Positions 41,957 through 55,310 are shown, counted from the first letter of the stretch. The stretch is 64,000 nucleotides of DNA from Octopus bimaculoides (GCF_001194135.2 NC_068981.1:167483679-167547678), one strand, 5' to 3'. Notes: a model not told the origin generated them from the letters alone. Numbers and translations are program-made.

Positions 41957-42573
41957 NNNNNNNNNNNNNNNNNNNNNNNNNNNNNNNNNNNNNNNNNNNN
42001 NNNNNNNNNNNNNNNNNNNNNNNNNNNNNNNNNNNNNNNNNNNNNNNNNNNNNNNNNNNNNNNNNNNNNNNNNNNNNNNNNNNNNNNNNNNNNNNNNNNN
42101 NNNNNNNNNNNNNNNNNNNNNNNNNNNNNNNNNNNNNNNNNNNNNNNNNNNNNNNNNNNNNNNNNNNNNNNNNNNNNNNNNNNNNNNNNNNNNNNNNNNN
42201 NNNNNNNNNNNNNNNNNNNNNNNNNNNNNNNNNNNNNNNNNNNNNNNNNNNNNNNNNNNNNNNNNNNNNNNNNNNNNNNNNNNNNNNNNNNNNNNNNNNN
42301 NNNNNNNNNNNNNNNNNNNNNNNNNNNNNNNNNNNNNNNNNNNNNNNNNNNNNNNNNNNNNNNNNNNNNNNNNNNNNNNNNNNNNNNNNNNNNNNNNNNN
42401 NNNNNNNNNNNNNNNNNNNNNNNNNNNNNNNNNNNNNNNNNNNNNNNNNNNNNNNNNNNNNNNNNNNNNNNNNNNNCACACACACACACACACACACACA
42501 CTTCTGGTTTATTTTTTCTGACTGAATTCTATTTTATTTTCTATTCTCCAATCTAATTTGCTGGCTCATATAT

Positions 42574-42607
<34 letters not shown>

Positions 42608-43399
42608 TATTATTATTAACAGTGCTTATTACCGTATGTTTTTCTTAACAGGGGTTGCATTTTAAACGTTTGGGGATGTCATTCACTATAATATTAATCT
42701 TGCAGTTAACCGTGAAAATTTAATGGCTATTCTGGAGATTATTATATTTGAATTTTTTAGCGAGCCACAAAAACGTAACTTATTTCGAAATTGTATTTTG
42801 TGAGCTGTACACAATCACAAAAGTTAGAATGAAGCAATACTTTAGGGATAGAATAAGTCTGAAAAACAATTGGCTGCTGACAAATAATGGTTTGGCCAGA
42901 TATTTTGAATTTAGGAGATTAGTTGATAATATCGGCTCTAGTGTTTCACTAGTATCTTATTTTATTAAACACCGGATGGATGAAAGGTGAAGTTGATCTC
43001 GATCTCGGCATGATTAAAATACAGAGCGTAGAATGCCGGAAGAAATTCAGCAAAGTTATTTTAATGACGGTGTTATGAATTTGTAAATCAACCCCTCCCA
43101 TTGAACGACCAATATTATAAATGATTTAAATGTTTCTAAAATAGAATGCGATTTCATTCCATAGTTTGTCAGTGTCATAAATAACACATATGTAATAGTT
43201 TCTAATATAGGTACAAGGCTTCATATTTTGGCAGGTGAAATTATATAGTAAATTATATGGAAACAGTACATGACTGACCTTTTATTTTATTTAACCAGAA
43301 AGGACACCACCAGTCTCAATACACACCCTATGTATGTGTTAAATGATCTAAGTAGACGGGCTATATACACTTCTTAAATATGTTTAAGTTATCTCACTG

Positions 43400-43880
43400 G
43401 AATCATCTTAGGTCTAAAATTGGTTTCATAACAAATGCATGCAAACTTATTCAGTTACCTGTCAAAGCATTAGATTGTAAGGTTGTGTAATATGATATAA
43501 ACATTGTATCTCTTGATTGGGACATCTTGCTGTTCAAATGCATGTTGGAAAATATGGAAGTCGGTTTCTTCGTAGCATAACTCTTCTAATTATCAACGAA
43601 TCTTTCACCTACACTACGAGCCATCTCTCCTAAGTAAGTTTCGTTAGGTTTGCGTACGTTTCGTCACGATACTTTATACGGTATACTATATTTCTAAAAT
43701 TTGCAGCGGATATGTGGTTTTGTGGCATACTTCTTGCCATCCTTTTTACAGTTTTGTACTTAAAGATTATTGATCTTTTGAATCTACCAGCTTTAATATT
43801 GAGATCGTTTCTCAGAAAAATTTAAAAACTCTGGTTGCTGCTTCAATGGGCATCTATCAACATTACGTTTAAAAATTTTT
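43400..43880 (-). pseudogene. Possible second, very decayed PLE GIY-YIG region
   Basis: Scattered fragments RCPL, DGKKY, RDETYANLTKL, VKD in mixed frames. Confidence 0.3.
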
Positions 43881-44438
43881 CTTATCCTATGAAAATAAGC
43901 TTTATGGTCAGCGTAAGGTCAGCCCTTCTTGGCCAGAACTGTAACCAAATGTACTTCAGCCATAACCAGCCGATCTCTTTATATATCTAAAATTACATTC
44001 ATCAAGGCGTCCTTCATTTTTTGAAAGAGGTAGTGAGTAACTTAAGGGAATTTGGTCGCTATGACTAGCAGGTAGAGTAACTTAATAGAGGTGCTTCCAT
44101 TGTTTTGTGCTTCATGATATTTTTTTTTCTTGGGTCCAGGTCAGTCCTCATCGAGTTGTGTTGTAATCAAAGCTATTCTAACCGTGATCATGCCATCTTT
44201 TTTTCCACACAGACTACATTACCTATAGGGTCCTTTTTTGAAGTCAGTGGTGTGTGATTGAGGGAGGGACTTGGCTGTTGTTTCTACCAGGTTGAGTGAC
44301 AACGTAAAGACTCTTGTTATTGTTGGCCTGCTCGCCTAACCAATGAGGTCGCGTCATCTAAAGGCTAAACATTGCAAAACGTATTGTGACCAGCGATGTG
44401 TAACAACATCTCTTAGCCTAGTCGGCCACGTGATCATA

Positions 44439-44476
<38 letters not shown>

Positions 44477-44479
44477 TTC

Positions 44480-44741
44480 TCTTTTTCTTTTACTTGTTTC
44501 AGTCATTTGACTGCCGCCATGCTGGAGCACCACCTTTAGTCGAACAAATCGACCCCAGGACTTATTCTTTGTAAGCCTAGTACTTATTCTATCGGTCTCT
44601 TTTGCCGAACCGCTAAGTTACGGGGGACGTAAAAATACCACCATCGGTNNNNNNNNNNNNNNNNNNNNNNNNNNNNNNNNNNNNNNNNNNNNNNNNNNNN
44701 NNNNNNNNNNNNNNNNNNNNNNNNNNNNNNNNNNNNNNNNN

Positions 44742-44797
<56 letters not shown>

Positions 44798-44838
44798 TAG
44801 GCTTCTTTCAGTTTCCGTCTACCAAATCCACTCACAAG
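44480..44838 (-). mobile_element. Family-R SINE, head-truncated, spanning an N-gap
   Basis: Matches 55638-56093 on both sides of the gap. Confidence 0.8.
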
Positions 44839-45985
44839 TAGAGATACCGTCTGATGGATGTTTTTAGGACCACAAAGGGTTTTTACAATGACAGTCCACT
44901 TATTGTATTGGGTTATTTCTTTTGAAATGGCGTCGTTTTCTTAATTCAATAACTTCGTTTATGAGGAGCAATTGTTTGTTTGCATTCGTTGATTTTTTTT
45001 ATTTTTGGGTTATATATTTATATTAGACCAGAAATAGCTTAACCTTATTCTTTGGACATTGAAGGATTGGTATTATTGATTGTTCAAAATTGTTCTTGGA
45101 AAGAACTACAGTATCAGCAGGAGTAATCTCTGCAACAGCAGCGGCAACAGTCGCAGCAACAATAGCTACAAGAATAATTTTGTTTCCGAAGAGAACGCTG
45201 CCAGAGGCAACATGAGTAAAAGTATCAATTTCAGCAGCAGTAGCAGCAGCAGCACTAACAAGCCTACAAGAGACCCTCCAAGTAGTCGCTCAACCTGCCA
45301 GAAATTGTGACCTAATCTCTCACAAATCACACCCTTTCGTCTTAAAAATGGAAGGACATATTAGATAATGTAATCTAAAAATAAATAATCCATGTCTAAA
45401 GGGAAGTACGTTTAGAGTACTATCGATCATCATAAGTATGGGCGAATAGTAACACACTGGGGATGAAAAACAACAACGATATGAAAATATTGTGATAAGA
45501 GTAAAATTGAACAATAATGTTATGACTAAATTCTAATCTTCTTGAAAACAAGGCTATTGGGCGTTACTCGTCTGTTTCTGACTAAAGAGTAATACGTGCA
45601 TGTGCGCGAATACGCTGACACCGGCACATAGACATCCACCATCACGTGCAAACACTCACACACCACTACCAACGGTAATACAACCATCACCCCAATAAAA
45701 ATCATCTGTTTGTCTGTCTGTCTCTCTCTCTCTCACACGCGCGTGCACACACACACGCACACACACACACACACACCACACACACACAGAGTATAAATAT
45801 AAACAGCTGAGTAAAAGTGACCGTTGGTCACACTGCTAAAAGCAAAGCAAAACGTGCTTGTGATATCGCAGAGGACGTTTAATCGTCGCCAATAAGATCA
45901 GAGGGATATGATGAAAGAACTCTAGCAAATCAACTGATAAATTAATTAGCATCAACTTAATGGTTATTTATTTAATTAATTGATT

Positions 45986-46730
45986 ACTAGCGGGACCCGT
46001 GAATATTTCACGCAATTAATGGTAAAACTGTTGGATTATTTCTGAAAACATTATCCAAAAAAAACAGAAAAAAGCCTCTGTTGTGTCTGTATGGAAGGAC
46101 AATCACTCATCTGCTACTCATTGAAAAGAGGAAGAAATTGAAATACGATGTTTATTTAATGCACTTTATATATACACTTTATATACTTTATGCACAATTT
46201 TATAGATTTAATGCACAGCACTCATAAAATTAATATTCACTCTTATTTTTCCATTTTCCCTGTAAACAACAAAAAAATATCCCGTACATATGGTACAACC
46301 TTTATTTAAATTGCATAAATCTGCCACGTAAATGTGCGTGAATATTTCACGGAATTGCACTTATGTTCATATGTTAAGTGATAAGTGATATAAAAAACTT
46401 TGTTCAATTCAAAAGAACAAACACACACGTTTCACTGTCCAATCACCACCACCACTACCACTTCTCTCTCCCCATCTTTCCCCTCTCTCTCCTCTCTCTC
46501 TGTCTCCCTCCTTTCTCCGTCCCCTTCGACTTATCCTCTTTTTCTCCTTTTTCTTTCTCCTCTCTTTCCCTTCGACTAATCACAAGAGAGCGTTACAATC
46601 ACATTTCCTTTGCCTCACGTCATGGACTCTTCTCTCTCTCTTTTTCTCTTTCAATCTTTTCTTTATCCTCCCTTTTTTTTCTAATCACGTAAAAGCGTTA
46701 CCGACGGGCTAGGTAACGCAACGACAAGCA
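45986..46730 (+). mobile_element. Insertion with Helitron/Helentron-like termini inside the left arm
   Basis: Starts ACTAGCGGGACCCGT; palindrome CGTGAATATTTCACG at 45998 and 46337; CT-rich tract; terminal hairpin GCGTTACC-9nt-GGTAACGC at 46695-46719; absent from the right arm. Confidence 0.4.
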
Positions 46731-46854
46731 AAATTATCATAAGATGAGACTGAAATGAAATACGACTAATGCATTTGTCATATTTGCTGTATGAAGCTCC
46801 CAAAATATTTGTTTCGTCACGCGATTTTACAAGTGCAAACGCTCTGTATATATG

Positions 46855-48098
46855 CAGGGGTTGAACAAAATAATGGAAACACCTTAAAATTTCAAACAAA
46901 TTTATTCTAATATGGGGTAGGACCGCCTTTGGCAGTAATTACAGCTTGAATTCTACGAGATATGAACTCGTATACAGTTTGAATTGTTTCCAAAAGAATT
47001 TTTGTCCATTCTTCAGCTAAAACAGTCTCCAATTCTTGTAGTGATGATGGTGGAGGATATCGACTCCTTACTTGATTTTCTAAAATGCACCATAAATGTT
47101 CAATAATATTGAGATCTGGGGACTGTGGTGGCCAGATAAGATATTCAACATCACTAGAATATTCCTCGTGCCATTCAGTAACAATTTTAGCTGTGCGAAT
47201 TGGTGCATTATCATCCTGAAAGATTGCGTTTCCCTCTGGAAACAGTTCCGCAACCATAGGATGAATTTGATCAGATAAAATGCTTAAATAGTCTTGGCTG
47301 TTAATTCTGCCATGAAGGGAAACCATTGGGCCAGCGGATTTCCAAGATCATCACAGATCCTCCTCTATGTTTAACAGTTGGAAGAAGTCAGTCTGGGTCA
47401 AATGCTTCTTTTGGCTGTCTCCACACGTATACTCGGCTGGCGGTCGGAAATAAGGTAAAGGATTACTCGTCCGAGAAAATAACATTCTTCCACTGCTCTA
47501 GGGACCGTTTCTGTAGGTTTCTGCTCCACTCTAAATGCTTTGCAACGTTTGTTTTTGATTGCAGCCCTCATGTGAAATTCGACTCTGTGCAGTACTCCGG
47601 CGAACAGTTTTTATGGAAACTGGGTTCTCGAGGTGGTCATTAAGCTCTGCAGTAATTTTGGGAGCTGTACTTTTATGATCCTTTCTAACAATTCGCGAAA
47701 GAGTCCGACGGCCCCTATCTGACAGTTTTGGTTTTCTTCCGGAGTTTTATTTCGACGAAGAGGTTTTTCCCTCGTTCTCAAAGACTGTCATTACTTTCGA
47801 GACAGTACTTCTTGATACATCAAACATTTCGGCTGTTTTTGTTACTCTAGCACCTGCCATACGAGCACCAACAACTTGACCTCTGTGACAGTCCGATAGA
47901 TCTGTCATTTTAATGAATTTTATTTACTATTTTCTTATGATATCTGCAAAGAAACAGCAATTTTGGCAAAATATATTAAGCAATACTAATAATAAATAAA
48001 AAAATTAAATAAATAAAGAAGCTTTTGACGGTTTTATAGATATTTCAAAATTATGATGCTGTGATGCTTGATGTTTCCATTATTTTGTCCAACCCCTG
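46855..48098 (-). mobile_element. Full-length 1244-bp Tc1/mariner transposon with DD36E spacing (Incomer-like)
   Basis: 27-bp TIRs CAGGGGTTG(A/G)ACAAAATAATGGAAACA at 46855-46881 and 48072-48098 with one mismatch; transposase ORF between them. Confidence 0.95.
46907..47908 (-). pseudogene. Tc1-type transposase pseudogene
   Basis: MTDLSDCHRGQVVGARMAG HTH start, GRKPKL, IFSDE*, FQDDNAP...WPPQSPDLNIIEHLW...AKGGPTPY; premature stops and frameshifts. Confidence 0.93.
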
Positions 48099-48101
48099 TG
48101 T

Positions 48102-48185
<84 letters not shown>

Positions 48186-48187
<2 letters not shown>

Positions 48188-49185
48188 GATGGACTCTCCC
48201 GTCGGGTTTCGACGTATGAGCATCTGACAACCTACTCTTTCTTTGCCAGTCATAATGCTTATAGCGAAAGTGACATTTAAGTCATGCCAACAATTTGCAA
48301 AGAAGCCCACAGATGTTGCAAGTATGAGTATTACAGGTCAGTGCGGGTGGTATATTTGCAGCCGATTTTCTCCTTTGCCTTGCCCCCGAAGCTTGTTAAT
48401 GCTGGTTGCAACAAAGTTTCTTATACCATTTTGACACAACAATCTCCACTTTGTTCGCTCGAAGGCTGTTTGCTCAACGGTATTGTGAGCTATATTGACT
48501 GTTCAGAGGTTACTCTTCAGCTCTTCAACATTCCTGCACCCACTATCAAGCTAGTTGTACATGAAGACTTTGGGTATTCTCTCATCACTCATTCTGACGG
48601 CATGACCAGCCCAGCACAATTGCGACTGCTGAAAGGAAACTCTTGATTCCACTAATCTTACACTTGCTAAACGGATCGGCATTAGAAACTCTGTCTTTAA
48701 GTGGACATCTGCAGATTGTCCTGAGACAGCCTTTGAGGAAGACGTCTAGTTGGTTAATGCGCCGGCTATAGGGTGTCCACGATTCTGAGCCATACAAGGG
48801 AGTAATAAGAATGGCATCTTTATAGACCTGTACTTTGGCGTTAAGTTTGATGCCCCAGTCATTTCATAAGCGATGACGGAGTTTGCCAAATGCGTTGATT
48901 GCTTTTGCAAGACGGTTAGCGATTTCACCATCAAGGGAAGCGCTCGTGTTCACTTTACTACCAAGATATGAAAATGACTTCACCTACTTTAGGTTTATCC
49001 CATCAACCTGTATAGGAGTGTCAGGGAAATTGTGAACCGGAAGCCTCAGCTTGACACATCGAATTTGCTTAGGAGTAGGACAAGGCTGGTGGATCACTTC
49101 CGTCTTCTCTATGCTGATGGTCAAGCCAAAGACTTCACATGCAGCAGAAAACCGGTCTAGAAGTTTAGTAACTTTCTTGATGCGG
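48186..49185 (-). pseudogene. 5'-truncated RTE LINE: RT C-terminus and 3' tail
   Basis: LLDRFSAACEVFGLTISIEKTEV, FSYLGS, YGSESWT, WAGH, terminal CNICG..C motif; tail CGTCGAAACCCGACGGGAGAGTCCATCAT followed by (AT)n. Confidence 0.9.
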
Positions 49186-50329
49186 AATCGCGTGACAAAA
49201 CAAATATTGTTGCTGTATTCTGGGAAATCCATACAGCCAATATGACACATGCATCAGTTGTATTTCATTTCAGCCTTATAATGAATTAATTGATATTAAG
49301 TTGATATTAATTAATTGATTAGTTGATTTGTTAGAGTTCTTTCATCACATCCCTCTGATTGTATTGGCGACAATTAAACCTCCTCTGCAATATCACACGC
49401 ACGTTTTGCTTTGCTTTTAGCAGTGTGACCAACGGTCAGTTTTACTCAGCTGTTTATATTTATACATATATCTATATTTGTAAGTATGTATGTAGGTATG
49501 CAGTACACACACACACACACACACATACATATATGCATGTGTATATATATGCGCATATGTATGTTTCTATGTGTATATATGTAGGTGTGCGTATGTGTGT
49601 GTATGCGTGTGTGCGTGCGTGCGTGTGTGTGTATATCTATGTGTGTGTGTGTGTATCACATCATGTACAAAATTGAAACTTTTTTCGTGGATTACACACA
49701 CAGCTTTAGCTTCTTAGTGTCCAATGCGGATTGGTCTCATTAGCTGCACCCCTGTTTGGTTACTCATCGGAGAACAAGTACCTGCGTTTTCTGCCCACTG
49801 GAAGATTAGTTGCTTATTGCTAATGTCGAAAAAATACGTTCTGTAATTTTGTATGTAATTAATTACATTAAGAATATATGTAAGAATAGACTGACAAATG
49901 GCTAAATAGACCCAGAGAAGTATTTTCGGATATTTCAGAATCCCTACCACAGCGGCGTTTTCCCCGCATTGGAATGCCACACTGAATATCGGAAATATAT
50001 CTGAAGTTACTCGTAGCTGTTCTGTCTCGTCTTGAATTTTGCCATTCAAGTTCTCAGAGTTTCCATAGCTACATGAGACATGTAGCATTCTGCTCCTAAG
50101 ATGAAAAAATTGACTAATTTAGTCTCCTTTGCCTTCTTAACTGTCTATCTAAAACTCGTTGAGAAAGTATTCAGACAGTGGCTACAGAGGATATCATAAC
50201 AAGTAAAGCCTCACATAAATATCCTAGTCATTTTATATAGAAAAATCGAGATGTTAGAGCGTTTACCATCAGTTCGAGATAAGACAATGTAGAAGGTGTG
50301 TCAACGTAAGTTTATTAACTTGCAATTGC

Positions 50330-50531
50330 CGTAGGTATCTGCCTGCGCTTACCGAACGGCTTAAACTGTGTACTTCATCTTGATTCGCCTAAGTTGAGCA
50401 TTTGGCGCAAGTGAGAGCGACAAACAAAGGGAGCCGAAGCAAAACAAGTACACTTGATGTGCAATCCGACTAATCGTTCTACAAATAGATTTGTGTAACC
50501 TCCACACCTTATAGCGTATCAAATACCTACG
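50330..50531. mobile_element. About 200-bp MITE-like hairpin
   Basis: CGTAGGTATCTG..TGCGCT vs AGCGTATCAAATACCTACG; inner GTGTACTT...TTCG vs CGAA...AAGTACAC. Confidence 0.45.
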
Positions 50532-50709
50532 CTTCCTAAAATCTACATGACAAGAACTTCATACAGTCTTACCTTTAACACTGAGTTGTCACGAGATACA
50601 AATTCACTTGTATCTAATATATTACACACTAATTCCTTCATAGTCATTACTGAGGTTTTTCATATTTAAGTAGGAGCTAGTAGTTCCAAGCAACGAACTT
50701 TTTTTCTTA

Positions 50710-50756
<47 letters not shown>

Positions 50757-50763
50757 GTATATA

Positions 50764-50809
<46 letters not shown>

Positions 50810-50810
<1 letters not shown>

Positions 50811-50950
50811 GAGAATATACGAAAAAACAACAACAGACGAGGACAGGTGGTGTAAACAACAAAAGGATGTATTAGTATGACACTCGGGAATACGGAAAGT
50901 CTTTGACGTTTCGAGCTATGCTCTTCAACAGAAAGAATACGGAGACAAGN
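50810..50950 (-). mobile_element. PLE pseudo-LTR-like fragment inserted in (TA)n, truncated by an N-gap
   Basis: Contains the minimal hammerhead at 50900-50936; (TA)n on both sides. Confidence 0.65.
50900..50936 (-). ncRNA. Minimal type-I hammerhead ribozyme motif, A6U core variant
   Basis: UCUUU-CUGUUGA-A-GAGC-AUA-GCUC-GAAA-CGUC/AAAGA: 5-bp stem I, 4-bp stem II, palindromic ACGU stem III, GUC site. Confidence 0.65.
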
Positions 50951-51175
50951 NNNNNNNNNNNNNNNNNNNNNNNNNNNNNNNNNNNNNNNNNNNNNNNNNN
51001 NNNNNNNNNNNNNNNNNNNNNNNNNNNNNNNNNNNNNNNNNNNNNNNNNNNNNNNNNNNNNNNNNNNNNNNNNNNNNNNNNNNNNNNNNNNNNNNNNNNN
51101 NNNNNNNNNNNNNNNNNNNNNNNNNNNNNNNNNNNNNNNNNNNNNNNNNNNNNNNNNNNNNNNNNNNNNNNNNNN

Positions 51176-51221
<46 letters not shown>

Positions 51222-51244
51222 CACTCATATATACACATATATGT

Positions 51245-51277
<33 letters not shown>

Positions 51278-52194
51278 TAAAAGGGAGAAGGAAGAGAGGG
51301 CGATGGAGAGAGACTGATATTCATGACAACTTAGTCAAATAACCACAGCATAAGAATTGTGTAGAAAACGAAAGAATGTACGTGTTTTGTCTGTTGATTA
51401 TAATTCACCAGACATCCAGCCAAACAATGGTTAAGACGGCTATTTGCATTAAAGTTTCTCGTTGATACTCAAGGCTCAAGCAACTGAGAACAGGACAGCT
51501 GCCAGCCGTCATCTGTTATTGACCATATTCACCAGGTGCTGTTTATTTATTTACGGAAAATGTAGTCTTTGGGTAGAGATATTTCATTTAAGCTGTCATT
51601 CATTAGAGCAGACATTTTCCTTTTGTGTACTACATCGCTGTAACAATCTACATACATTGTTGCGTATTTCAGTTTTATTATTTATCTAATTCTTGCTTCC
51701 TCATAATGGCACAGGATAGATATTTTCTTTGTGTTTTGTGTTCATTCTCTTATCAAGGTGTATTATTAATTTACTTGTGAATTATTTAGTCGAAAGAATT
51801 GGAACTATATCTGTGACCTTTACAAGACATTCACAACTAACGAGGATAATTCACCTCCATGTTCACTTCAACTTTATCTTGAATTAATTAGAAAACCTGA
51901 GTAAGAAGCCAACCAGGAGTGTAGACAGAAATATAGTCACAGAAAACAAAGTCACAGTAAAATGTCGCAGTGGTTTGAAAAAACGTCAAAGAAAAAATGT
52001 CATATTTTTTCAAACACCACAAATAATCGTTTAAGCAATTAAAGAATTGGTATTTTAAGCCACTTATTAATTGACAATGGTTGACTTGTACATATTGACA
52101 ACATAATTTATATTATGGCATTACATGTATGTGAATAAAAATTCCTATTTTATTCAATATATTAAATAAATAATGACACATACACAAACATACA

Positions 52195-52271
<77 letters not shown>

Positions 52272-52989
52272 ATCCACATATAAACACCCACTCCCACAAA
52301 ACATGAGCATCAAATCAAGCTTTTATTAAAGTCTTCTTGAGATATTTATTCTGTGAAATTTTTTATAACCTGGATTGAACTAGGATGCCTCTATCGTAAT
52401 TGCTGAACTTACTAAACTAGCATCCCAATCTCCCTTAAATCTCAAAGTGCCGTCAAAATAGCTGTAAGGAAAAAGGATCGTTTGGATAATATACTTGTTG
52501 AAACGACTGATGATCGTTATTGAAATTAAACAATCACAGCGTGGCGGTCACATGTTAGCCATTCAAAGACATACAAAGAAAGACTGTCAACTTTACTTAA
52601 TCATTTCTTATTTGGTGTTAAACTTTTCGTTGTATCAAATAATAAATGTCTGAGTTAATTTAACGGTCTTTGTATGCTTTTGAATGGCTAATATGTGTTT
52701 TCCACCCTGTGATTGTTTTAGGTTCAGTACACAGTTTCAGATGAAATCACTTGTTTGGCAATACACCTCTGTTATTGAAATACTTTCCATTATAGATCTA
52801 CTCAAGTATGGCTGATTTGGAGCCAAAGAACAACAGCAACAGCACTGCATAGAATTATTAAAAAGAGCCACTATATGGTTGCGCGATCTGCTAGAAATAG
52901 CAATTTAATCTCTCTCAATTCCCACCCTATAAGCGTACAAAAAGGAAGAGCACACTAAATAATATCGTACGAAAGACACAATATTTAAA

Positions 52990-53900
52990 GTAAAGACCAA
53001 GTGGTTACAGAGCTAAACAACAAAAACAACGTAGCTAGAGAAGGGATTTCAAAAGGTTTCAGTTCTGGAGGGAGTAAAAAAAAACTGTTTTGTGCGAAGT
53101 TAATAGGAGCTGAAACAAAATAGGGTTGGCGATTTGAATCCGAGTGATGAGGGTTTAACGATTGGTAAATCATAGCAGCAACAGAAGCCGTGTTAGAACA
53201 GGAACAAGGATGAAACAGCATACTGAAGGACCAATATTTCTAATGTTATGATGAGTCTACGTCAGTTAGTAGCAGGTATATGTATGTGTATAGCAGATGC
53301 ACTGCTCCAAGTATGTGAACTGTGCTTTAATGTCTGTCTTCTGTGACTTTTGTAGTCGGGTGGTTTAGAACTGATTAGAGCTGAAGTATTTTCTAGCCAC
53401 GATAAGGAAGTTGTATTTTTATTTTTGAGGCAAGTTTGGTAATGTTATGTGTAGTCACAATGAAAAATCTTAAGACATTGTAGCAGTTGGAGTAACTTAA
53501 CGCTGTGTGGAGAAAATGTATGATGAAACGCTATTTTATGGTATGTATAATAGCCACAATTCGGTGATGTTGAATAAGAGTAAGCTATTTCCCTATAAGA
53601 GGATATCTTCGAAGTTTATGTTCATAAAAGTGATCTATTGCGTTATATGTTTATGGTTGTGGATGCTACTCGGAGATTATCAAGAGGGGAAGGGTGATAT
53701 CATCTGAATAAGAAGAATTATGTGGTTAGAAGTGAAAAAGAAAATGTGTAAGAAATATAACCGAAATCCTAAGACATATCAGAATTGATAGAATGCGGAT
53801 CAGAGGGCATTCCCATTAATGCAGACAATATTTGAGTGATATGAAGAGAAACTATGTCTATCTTAAGATAAAGATGGAACTTACAGGCTCTAATAACTTA
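52990..53900 (-). pseudogene. CR1/L2-group LINE, RT core to 3' end, decayed
   Basis: SINSDMS, SYSDDITL (53699-53710), ARKYFSSNQ, YKSHRRQTLKHSSHTW, QPYFVSAP..QNSFF. Confidence 0.68.
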
Positions 53901-55107
53901 ATTTGGGAGTTCTCTTGCCAGATACGTTGAAAAATTAATTAAATTTCAGAACAAAACATTGCTTTCTGTAAAGAAAGGCGAGAAACCAGTGACGTGTGAC
54001 CTAAGATAGCAAATTCGGTAGCTGTGGCTATATGGAAGCCATGCTGATAATCACTGCGAACGGAAAATAGGAGATTGGATATGGTTGTTTCATCATTTTA
54101 TAGCTGAATAGTAAATAAATTCTGTCTGGAAGAGAAAACTCAAGAATCTCACATGGTTTATGTTTAGCAGACCAGTATTAAAAAGAAAAACAGTATTTTA
54201 AGAAAACATTCTGCATTTCAGCCGTGTAATGCAATCAAGTACATGCTACTTGAAAGTACCAGCAATAGGAGATTGTTTAAAATGTTTGGTTTCACAGCAC
54301 TTAGTCATGTTTTGACAACGCTACAGTATATAAGTTACGAGATCATTAATCAAACATTTTAAACACAAAAGCATTCTTAATGGTGGAAGTATCAAAGGAG
54401 AGATTAGTTGAGTAAGTTATAACGTAACAAGTCCTTTATAGAAAGCATAAAAGTAGCCAATGTTGTTATATACACATTAAGTTGTTTGTTTGTCATAGAA
54501 CTATTTTTGAAGGATCTTGTGACGAACAAAGAAACAACAAAAGCATTAAGATTATGCAGTGTGTGGATCTAAAAAAAAATGGCTTGAAATAAATAAAATA
54601 AGAATTGGCAATCCAATATTCAACGCATTCAGTCATTTGGCTTTTACAAGTAGCGTTTATTGATCAAGAAAAGTAATTCAACATTTGTTAGGATTAACTT
54701 TGGATAAATTATAAGGTTAAACTTTTAATCAATCACGTTTGTAGTTTAGAATGTCAAATATTTGATATATCCAGTTTACTTCAATTTCAGTTACCTTTAA
54801 TTCTGAGTTATGTTGTGGTCGGATCAGCAAAAATAAAATGAATGATGGAGACATCAGTCCACATTTAGCACAAAGATTATTTTGAATGAATACATTTATG
54901 TGTGCAAGTGTGTGGCGTGTGGCGGGCTGTAGGTTTCGGATGCATCAAAATTCTTATATTTTGGATGCTTTAATGAAAATGTTTAAACATAAAAACCATA
55001 AGAGTATTTGAACAACTTATAACTACTTATACCCATAGGCCGGTATCTGTTCATATAAGGGAGTTTATAATTGACGTGGTTGACATTTTGATATTAATTT
55101 CGCTTTA

Positions 55108-55310
55108 AAGGCGGCGAGTTGGCAGGACTTTTAACACGCCGGGCGGCATTTCGTCTGTCTTCACGAACTGAGTTCAAATTCCGCCTATGTCTACTTTGTC
55201 TTTTATCATTTCGAGGTCGATAAAATAAATACCAGTTGAGTACTGGGGTCAATGTAATCGAATTACCTCACAAAAAAAAAAATGCTGGTCTTGTGCCAAA
55301 ATTTGAAAAC
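55108..55310 (+). mobile_element. Family-M SINE
   Basis: AAGGCGGCGAGTTGGCAGG head, GAGTTCAAATTCC B-box, GGTCGATAAAATAAATACCAG core. Confidence 0.82.

Larger units (their letters stand above)
45791..49464. mobile_element. Long inverted-repeat (foldback/MITE-like) element: left arm 45791-45985 plus 46750-46826, right arm 49186-49464, with nested insertions
   Basis: GTATAAATATAAACAGCTGAGTAAAA.TGACCGTTGGTCACACTGCTAAAAGCAAAGCAAAACGTGC and CTGAAATGAAATAC.ACT.ATGCAT.TGTCATATT.GCTGTATG...GTCACGCGATT both present in opposite orientation. Confidence 0.75.

Noticed and set aside
49714-50088. 124-aa minus-strand ORF in non-repetitive DNA
   Set aside because: No motif recognised; an ORF of this size is plausible by chance in 64 kb
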